Source: Bernardetia sp. OM2101 (GTDB lineage Bacteria; Bacteroidota; Bacteroidia; Cytophagales; Bernardetiaceae). From it: a DNA stretch of 64,000 bases. How positions within the stretch are numbered: position 1 is the first letter of the stretch; each line of letters starts with the position of its first letter. This document shows positions 57,761 to 64,000 of the stretch, in pieces. The stretch covers positions 1,912,604 to 1,976,603 of the forward strand of contig NZ_CP170094.1 in NCBI RefSeq assembly GCF_042180575.1. The letters run 5' to 3'. The position numbers and the translations under genes are program-made. The notes beneath the pieces are model-generated. The model was given only the letters and a program-made list of their open reading frames with translations, did not search any database and was not told where the DNA came from.

Positions 57761-59015
57761 GGTTCTTCCGACAATTTAGCGATAATTTCTTAATTTAGCC
57801 TTTCTATGGATACTAACACAATAGCAATTTTATTAGGTTTTTCAGATTTTTCAGTAACGAAAATAGAATCTTCTCCACTTCGCTTAACTATTTATGGAGA
57901 AAGTAATTTAGCCGATTCTATTTGTCCTAATTGCTTGAAAAAGTGCAATAAAGTGACTTCTACTTCAGAACGTATTGTTCGTGACCGAAATATTTTAGAC
58001 AAAGAGGTTTATTTACACTTAACTTCTCGTCAATTTCATTGTCAAGATTGTACTCGTTACTTTCAAGAAGTTTTTAGTTTTGTTTCTAAGCAAAAAAATC
58101 AAACTCATCGTTTGGAAAAATATCTTTATTTATGTTTGAAAGATAGCAGTTTCAAAGAAGTAGCTATCCGAGAAAACATACTTTGGGATGTTTTAGATGG
58201 TATTTTTAAAACCTATAGTAAACGTGAGATAAAAAAACACCTAGATTATTTTCCTCGACGTTTAGGTATTGATGAATTTGCTTACAAAAAAGGAAAAAAG
58301 GAATATGCTGTTGTTTTAGTAGATTTAGATACAGGTCAAGTTTGGGATATTTTAGAATACCGTAATAAAGAGTATTTAAAAGCCTATTTTTTATCCAAAG
58401 GCGAAGTTTTTTGTACTAGTATAGAAGTATTTTCTTGTGATATGTGGGAGGGATTTTCAAATACAGCAAAAGAAGTATTTCCTAACGCTGATGTAGTAAT
58501 AGATCGCTTTCATTTTTTTCAGCATTGTAATAAAGTGCTAGATAGCATTCGTAAAGAATTACGACGAAAAGATGATAAAAACGTTCATTTCAAGCAAATA
58601 AAATGGCTTTTATACAAGGCATGGAAAGACCTTACTTATAAAGAAAGACGAGTTTTACTTAAAGCGTTTAGGTTTAGCTCAACGCTTAGACAGGTGTATT
58701 TTATGAAAGTGGAATTACAAAATATATTTAATACTGATTTGAGTAAACAAGAAGCTAAAAAACTACTAGACCAATGGATAGAAGAAGCTCAAAAAATAAA
58801 TCATAAGGCTCTAAATAGATTTATAAATACGTTTAATTCTTGGAAAAATGATATTATTAATTTCTTCAAAGATAGATATTCTAACGGAATAGTAGAGGGA
58901 ATTAATAATAAAATTAAGACCCTCAAAAGGAGTGGGTATGGGTTTAGAAACTTTCAAAATTTTAGATTGAGAATGATAGTCAAATTCATATAATCGCTAA
59001 AAAGTCGGAAGAGCC
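57761..59015 (+). mobile_element. ISL3-family insertion sequence (about 1255 bp) with 23-bp inverted repeats and a perfect 8-bp target duplication AAAAAAGT
   Basis: Left IR GGTTCTTCCGACAATTTAGCGAT, right ATCGCTAAAAAGTCGGAAGAGCC; aaaaaagt at 57753-57760 and 59016-59023. Confidence 0.85.
57806..58993 (+). CDS. ISL3-family transposase
   Basis: N-terminal zinc-finger region (CPNC..C..; HCQDC) and DDE_Tnp_ISL3-like core, 395 aa. Confidence 0.8.
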   Translation: MDTNTIAILLGFSDFSVTKIESSPLRLTIYGESNLADSICPNCLKKCNKVTSTSERIVRDRNILDKEVYLHLTSRQFHCQDCTRYFQEVFSFVSKQKNQTHRLEKYLYLCLKDSSFKEVAIRENILWDVLDGIFKTYSKREIKKHLDYFPRRLGIDEFAYKKGKKEYAVVLVDLDTGQVWDILEYRNKEYLKAYFLSKGEVFCTSIEVFSCDMWEGFSNTAKEVFPNADVVIDRFHFFQHCNKVLDSIRKELRRKDDKNVHFKQIKWLLYKAWKDLTYKERRVLLKAFRFSSTLRQVYFMKVELQNIFNTDLSKQEAKKLLDQWIEEAQKINHKALNRFINTFNSWKNDIINFFKDRYSNGIVEGINNKIKTLKRSGYGFRNFQNFRLRMIVKFI

Positions 59016-59224
59016 AAAAAAGTTATATTTGAGCTATAAAATATTAAAGAAAATGTCCTATGGGGGCTAACGGAAGCTACAACCTCCAAATTGAAACATT
59101 TGGAATTGGGTTCAGGTTTTTTTCAAGAAATCCTGTAAAATGAAAACTTATTTTTATTTGTACTTGCCGTGTCAAAAGTATTCGCTGTTTACAGTGAATA
59201 CTTTTTTTATAAAAAAAAATAATT

Positions 59225-60730
59225 ATGGAAAAAATAATTCTAGGTGACATACAGAAAGAAGCTGAACAGAAAGCTGCTCAATATAATTTGTATCATAATT
59301 ATTTACATCTTGAGCACAAAAGAAATTGTCGTAGGTTGAAAAATCCTCCTGCAAAAGATGTTAGAACACCTGAAGAGTGGGGAGAAGACCGTAAATTTAA
59401 TCCATTTTATGTGTTAAAACACAAAAAGCAGATAGCAAGATCAATATCTAAGAAACTTTTAGACAAAAATTATAAGCCTAATCCTCCATATATAAAAATA
59501 ATACCTAAGAAAGGAGGAGGTACAAGAACAATAAGTATTTATCAAATCCCTGATTCTGCCGTATCTGATAGGTTTTATTATAACCTTTTAGGAAAAAATA
59601 GACATCGGTTTAGCTCATTGTCTTATGCTTATCGTAATGATAGAAATATACATTTTGCAATTCAAGATATAGCACAAGAGCTAACAAGTATTCCACGCAT
59701 TTATGTAGCTGAATTTGATTTTAGCAACTTTTTTGGGTCTATAGATCATAATTATTTGTTTCATCAATTAAAACAAAACTCTTTTTTAGTTAGTGAGCTA
59801 GAAATACATGTTATTGAATCTTTCTTAGAACCCTATAAAGAAGATAAGAAGGGAATCCCACTTGGTACTTCTATTTCACTATTTCTTGCTAATATAGTTT
59901 GTTGGGAACTAGATAGAAAGTTTGAAGATGCTGGGATTCGTTTTGCAAGATATGCTGATGACACGATAATATGGTCAAGAGATTATTCAAAAATCTCTAA
60001 AGCATTTGATATAATTGCAGATTTTTCTAAAGAAACAGGTATTTCACTAAACTATAAAAAATCTGATGGTATAAGTCTACTACAAAAGACAGGGTTAAAA
60101 TCGGAGTTTCACAATTCAAAAGAATTCATAGAATTCTTAGGATATAAAATATCATGTGAGAATGTGGGAATTAAAGATGCTTCTATATACAAAATAAAAA
60201 AGCAAATTTCTTATCTTTTGTATCGTAATTTAATTCAACCTATTAGAACTAAATCATTCAAAGCAATGAATCTTCCTGCAAATAATATGGATAAAGACTT
60301 TATAACTGCTATTATGCAGATAAGAAGATATTTGTATGGTAACCTAACTGAAATTACTCTCAAAAAGTATTTGAATGGTACATATAAACGATTTTCTTTT
60401 AAAGGAATTATGAGCTTTTATCCGTTAATAACGGATGAAAATCAGATGATTGAAATGGATAAATGGCTTTTGAGTACAGTAATGAACGTTTTAAATAAAC
60501 GTAAAAAGCTATTAAAAAGTCATATACCTACTTTTAACGAAGATCAATTTCCTTTTAATTGTAATAAAGATGATTTGATAAATGAATGTAGAAATAAATT
60601 GGTTTATCGTAAAAAAGGATTAATTGAATTACCCTCTTTCTTAAGAATATACAAGGCTATAAAAAAAGGTGTAGTAAATGAAGGAATAGAAAAAGTTATG
60701 CATCCGAATTCAAACTCATATTATGAATAA
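59225..60730 (+). CDS. Stand-alone reverse transcriptase (retron/Abi/defence-associated-type RT domain with N- and C-terminal extensions)
   Basis: RT motifs: 1-2 IIPKKGGGTRTISIYQIPDSAVSDRFYYNLL; 2a SYAYRNDRNIHFA; 3 YVAEFDFSNFFGSIDH; 4 GIPLGTSISLFLANIVC; 5 ARYADDTIIW; 6 LNYKKSDGI; 7 FLGYKIS; no endonuclease or maturase-like domain recognised. Confidence 0.8.
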   Translation: MEKIILGDIQKEAEQKAAQYNLYHNYLHLEHKRNCRRLKNPPAKDVRTPEEWGEDRKFNPFYVLKHKKQIARSISKKLLDKNYKPNPPYIKIIPKKGGGTRTISIYQIPDSAVSDRFYYNLLGKNRHRFSSLSYAYRNDRNIHFAIQDIAQELTSIPRIYVAEFDFSNFFGSIDHNYLFHQLKQNSFLVSELEIHVIESFLEPYKEDKKGIPLGTSISLFLANIVCWELDRKFEDAGIRFARYADDTIIWSRDYSKISKAFDIIADFSKETGISLNYKKSDGISLLQKTGLKSEFHNSKEFIEFLGYKISCENVGIKDASIYKIKKQISYLLYRNLIQPIRTKSFKAMNLPANNMDKDFITAIMQIRRYLYGNLTEITLKKYLNGTYKRFSFKGIMSFYPLITDENQMIEMDKWLLSTVMNVLNKRKKLLKSHIPTFNEDQFPFNCNKDDLINECRNKLVYRKKGLIELPSFLRIYKAIKKGVVNEGIEKVMHPNSNSYYE

Positions 60731-60821
60731 TATTTCCTTGCGCTTATTAGTGTTTTAGCATAGTGACATTTTTTTTCACGAAGCTATTTTAACTTTCATT
60801 TTTTCCTCAAAAAAAACTTTG

Positions 60822-60905
60822 TCAGTAGTTTGCCTAAGCAAACTCTGACAATAGTTAAAAGCAGTATAATCTAAACTATTGTCAAAGTCTGATTACAGAC
60901 TATTG
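60822..60905. repeat. Two adjacent REP-like hairpins of the ttgtcag...ctgacaa family
   Basis: ctttgtcagtagtttgcctaagcaaactctgacaatag and ctattgtcaaagtctgattacagactattgacaaag. Confidence 0.6.
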
Positions 60906-60945
60906 ACAAAGTTCAAATAATTTTTACATAAAAACACACACAACT

Positions 60946-61305
60946 ATGGCACTAACAGAACAAGAAATTAAAGAAATCATTGAAAATGAAATCATTGTAG
61001 ATGCTTATACTGATGAAGAAGCAGAAACAGGCTGGGCAACATACATGGAAGACAATATCAATTTTCCATTTGAAGCAGAATATTTAGTAAGGAGAGCATC
61101 TAAACCAAACGAATGGAAAAAAGTCAAAATTATAGAGAATTATACAAACTCTTCAAATTATGAAGGAGGAGAGTTTTATTTATCAGCTCTACTTGAAGAT
61201 GTGGATATGGTTATTCCAGTAGAAATAAGTGAACTAAGAAATGTAGAAGCAGATGAAGATACATTAGATACTTTTCAAATATGGGAATACAGAAATAAAT
61301 ATTAA
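60946..61305 (+). CDS. Small strongly acidic hypothetical protein (119 aa)
   Basis: 29 D/E against 10 K/R counted in the translation; downstream of and co-directional with the RT. Confidence 0.5.
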   Translation: MALTEQEIKEIIENEIIVDAYTDEEAETGWATYMEDNINFPFEAEYLVRRASKPNEWKKVKIIENYTNSSNYEGGEFYLSALLEDVDMVIPVEISELRNVEADEDTLDTFQIWEYRNKY

Positions 61306-61349
61306 TTTAACGACAAACTAAAAACTCTCACTCAAAAAACAAAAAAACA

Positions 61350-61550
61350 ATGTTTTCAGAAAAATATCCGAATTTAGAATATTGGGTTGATGCACAAGGT
61401 TGGATTGAACTCGGTTCAGATGAAAATAGCGACTCTTGGATTAGAATCATGGACACAGGAGGATTATGCTATGAAGATGAAGATTCAAGTTCATTAGATG
61501 AAGCCTTAGAAAAAGCTGAACGCTGGGCTGCTGAAGAAAATGAAGAGTAA
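61350..61550 (+). CDS. Small strongly acidic hypothetical protein (66 aa)
   Basis: 20 D/E against 4 K/R; follows the 119-aa ORF after 44 bp. Confidence 0.45.
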   Translation: MFSEKYPNLEYWVDAQGWIELGSDENSDSWIRIMDTGGLCYEDEDSSSLDEALEKAERWAAEENEE

Positions 61551-61619
61551 TTTTAAACTTATTTTATCTAAAAAATATGACGAAGAAAAATAAAAAACGA
61601 ACGGTTCACACAAAAGCAA

Positions 61620-61656
61620 ACCGTTCGTAATTTTTAATTCGTAATCCGTAATTGTA
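61620..61656. repeat. TTCGTAA-family motif copy (cgtaatttttaattcgtaatccgtaattg)
   Basis: Fourth occurrence of the conserved roughly 30-nt motif. Confidence 0.8.
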
Positions 61657-61658
61657 TC

Positions 61659-63995
61659 TTATTCTCTCAATAAAGAAACCCAACCTTTCAAAATCAAAAC
61701 TTCATCAGTTGGATTCAAACGATTAAAAGTAACTTTGACTTGGAAATAATACATTCCAGAAGGCATTTCTTTTCCGTTGTTATTTTCTCCATTCCAATCA
61801 ATAAAGACATTATTATCTTCATCGCTTGTAGTTTCAAAAACCAAATCTTCCCAACGGCTATAAATTTTGGTTTCTACATTTTTGACAAAAGCAGGACAGT
61901 CTAATGCTCTAAATGTATCATTTATTCCGTCGCCATTTGGTGTAAATACATTTGGTAGCGCATAATTTGGACAGTTATCATTACATACTTGATTACTAAA
62001 TGTACTCTCATTTCCAGACGCATCAAGAGCTGTAACAACATAACAACCTGCCACAGAACGAACTTGTTCGTGTGTATAAGTCGTGTCAGTAGTATTTATC
62101 AAAAGCTGCAATGAATCATTAATTTGGGCTTTGAAGTATAAATTATAACTACTCACTTCCAAATCACAATCAGGCGAATAATCATTTTGCCATCTCAATT
62201 CATTTCTAAAAAGAGAATCACTACAATAAATTGGATCTTCAAAATTAATGGTTTCACAAATCAAAGAGTCTAAAAACAAGGTTGTAGGCGAACAAGGAGG
62301 CGTTTCGTCAAGTGGAACAATACATACTTTTTGAGACTTGTTCAAAAGTGGTTCTGGCAAACCTTCTTTATTGTAACTTCCTTGTGTTGTAACAAAATAA
62401 CAATATTCTACCTTGTCTAAAAGCTCTGTATCAGTATAAGAAAACGAGCCACTAAAGACATTTATACTATCCAAAAGAACAAAATCAGTTCCATCAGCAT
62501 CCGTTTGACGATAAATATAATGTTGTGGAAAACGTGAATCAGTATTGTTCCAAGGCACTTCTGCACGCCAACTTAAAGTAGCTGCATTTACTAAAGGAGT
62601 TGCATTCAAACGAACAGAACTTGCCACAGCCGAAGAATCTACCAAATTATCATTTGAATAAAAAAGAACTCTATAATTATAAACTTCTTCTTCAGTATTC
62701 AGATTTGTGTCTCTAAAAGTAGTGTCATTTTCAGCAAAACGTTCTCCTAATTGCGTATAATTCTGAGTTCCAGAGAAACCATCTGCACGGAAAAGTTCAT
62801 ATTCATAAGGTCTTGGAAAATCTTCTTCTATGAGGTCTTGGGGTTTTGTCCATTCCACTTGCATTTCTCCATTTTCGGTGTCTGTTTCTTCTACACTTAC
62901 TTTTGTAATATACGGTGCATTGGTTGGAATAATTACACAAACTTCGTCAGAAACATAACTTTCTCCTCCTGCTGGATTTGGGAATCTTGCAAAAATACGG
63001 TAGCAATATGTTTTTCCTCGTTCTAATCCTTCTCCATTATTATCATCTAAATAGAATAGATTACCAATTTCATTTGTTCCAATTTGTGTATAACCTGTAT
63101 AAGCAGGCAAACCTGTTTCACATGTATCAGGGTTAAACTCAAAAGAGCCTACTCTTCGCCAAATAGTCATTTCACTAGCATTCGGACACTGATAAGAAAA
63201 CCAACTCAATGAAATGCTATTATCAACTGTATTGACATCAGCAATGAGCGTATCAGGTTTTGGACCTACAACTCGGATTTGCCACGTTTTTAAATCTACT
63301 AATTTGTTGCTGCTGGGTTGAGGTTGGTCTTCTGCTTTAAAAGTAACAGCATAAGGTTGCAAACGTACATCTTCACAGACTGTTTGCCAATCAAAAACAC
63401 CCTTTTCTTCTCCATTTGGAGGCTGAATATTCAAAACATTAAAATTCGCATAATTTCTTGGTGGAACAGATTGTAATACATTTGCATCTCTAAATAATGC
63501 ACTATAAGCAAAAAGTTTAACAAAATCTTCATCAGGGTCTGTTCCTGTAATTGTATCTCTTAAAAATGCTCCTGCCGTAACACAGGTATCTCTAGGAATT
63601 TCTAAAATAGGACGTTTATTTGGATTATCTCTTACAATAATCTGCATATCACGGTTTACTTGTCCAATCAAAATACCTTCTCGCCATTCTTGAACAATAA
63701 AAGCTACATTAAACTGCCCTGTTCGCCCAGGTGTATTCCAAACCAAATCTCCTGTAATGGGGTCAAGAGTAGCAATAGTTGCTCCTCCCTCTTCACGTTC
63801 TCCCCCAAATGAAGGGTCATCTAACAGACTAAAACCCTCAACTGGCGTATTTATATCACGTTTGGGAGTAACAAAAATATATGCTAAACTATCACCATCA
63901 GCATCATACGCCCCTGGATTATGAATAAATTTTTCACCTACACGAGCAAAGTCAATCGGTGGAACAAGCAAAATAGGTGACCTATTTAATCCCAA
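61659..63995 (-). CDS. Large cell-surface protein with T9SS/gliding-motility-type C-terminal sorting domain; the 5' end lies beyond the window
   Basis: C-terminal ..YALPNVFTPNGDGINDTF.. plus repeated beta-rich modules; the ORF is open to the window edge. Confidence 0.7.
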   Translation of the reverse strand: MGLNRSPILLVPPIDFARVGEKFIHNPGAYDADGDSLAYIFVTPKRDINTPVEGFSLLDDPSFGGEREEGGATIATLDPITGDLVWNTPGRTGQFNVAFIVQEWREGILIGQVNRDMQIIVRDNPNKRPILEIPRDTCVTAGAFLRDTITGTDPDEDFVKLFAYSALFRDANVLQSVPPRNYANFNVLNIQPPNGEEKGVFDWQTVCEDVRLQPYAVTFKAEDQPQPSSNKLVDLKTWQIRVVGPKPDTLIADVNTVDNSISLSWFSYQCPNASEMTIWRRVGSFEFNPDTCETGLPAYTGYTQIGTNEIGNLFYLDDNNGEGLERGKTYCYRIFARFPNPAGGESYVSDEVCVIIPTNAPYITKVSVEETDTENGEMQVEWTKPQDLIEEDFPRPYEYELFRADGFSGTQNYTQLGERFAENDTTFRDTNLNTEEEVYNYRVLFYSNDNLVDSSAVASSVRLNATPLVNAATLSWRAEVPWNNTDSRFPQHYIYRQTDADGTDFVLLDSINVFSGSFSYTDTELLDKVEYCYFVTTQGSYNKEGLPEPLLNKSQKVCIVPLDETPPCSPTTLFLDSLICETINFEDPIYCSDSLFRNELRWQNDYSPDCDLEVSSYNLYFKAQINDSLQLLINTTDTTYTHEQVRSVAGCYVVTALDASGNESTFSNQVCNDNCPNYALPNVFTPNGDGINDTFRALDCPAFVKNVETKIYSRWEDLVFETTSDEDNNVFIDWNGENNNGKEMPSGMYYFQVKVTFNRLNPTDEVLILKGWVSLLRE

Positions 63996-64000
63996 AAAAG

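Overview
The window is an AT-rich bacterial chromosome segment. The gene content (a T9SS/gliding-type C-terminal-domain surface protein, MtaB, TPR/OMP pairs, a four-helix-bundle IVS-type protein) suggests Bacteroidota of the Cytophagia type; this is an inference. Housekeeping genes include a bioB 3' end, a SulP transporter, maf, an acyl-lipid desaturase, mtaB, rimK with its Zn-protease partner, recN, nspC, an M1 aminopeptidase, ftsL-ftsI, fadD, pyrR, trx and mnmA. Accessory material is interleaved with them. There are four IS elements: an ISAs1-family copy with a frameshifted transposase sitting inside a tRNA-like sequence, an IS5/ISL2-type copy disrupting a putative restriction endonuclease next to an orphaned C5 methyltransferase, a DDE_Tnp_4 IS with a frameshift at an A-run, and an IS1-family and an ISL3-family copy with clear inverted repeats. 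Other accessory genes are an Mrr-like type IV restriction enzyme, a Cas4-like PD-(D/E)XK/Fe-S nuclease, a DUF3037 plus HipA-like kinase pair, and two PIN/antitoxin modules. Three small cassettes (two toxin-antitoxin modules and one unknown 129-aa gene) are each flanked by a direct duplication of the 3' end or terminator of the upstream host gene. This points to a recurrent, integrase-free insertion mechanism. The most notable locus is at 59.0-61.6 kb: a stand-alone 501-aa reverse transcriptase (all RT motifs, FLG, YADD), a structured upstream non-coding region and two small, strongly acidic downstream proteins, lying in an island next to a toxin-antitoxin cassette and a recently inserted ISL3. 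This is a candidate retron-like or defence-associated RT system with a non-canonical architecture. Several short repeat families (a TTCGTAA heptamer array family, REP-like hairpins, nested palindromes) and a 1.7-kb ORF-free AT-rich stretch are also present. No CRISPR array, rRNA gene or intact tRNA could be supported.
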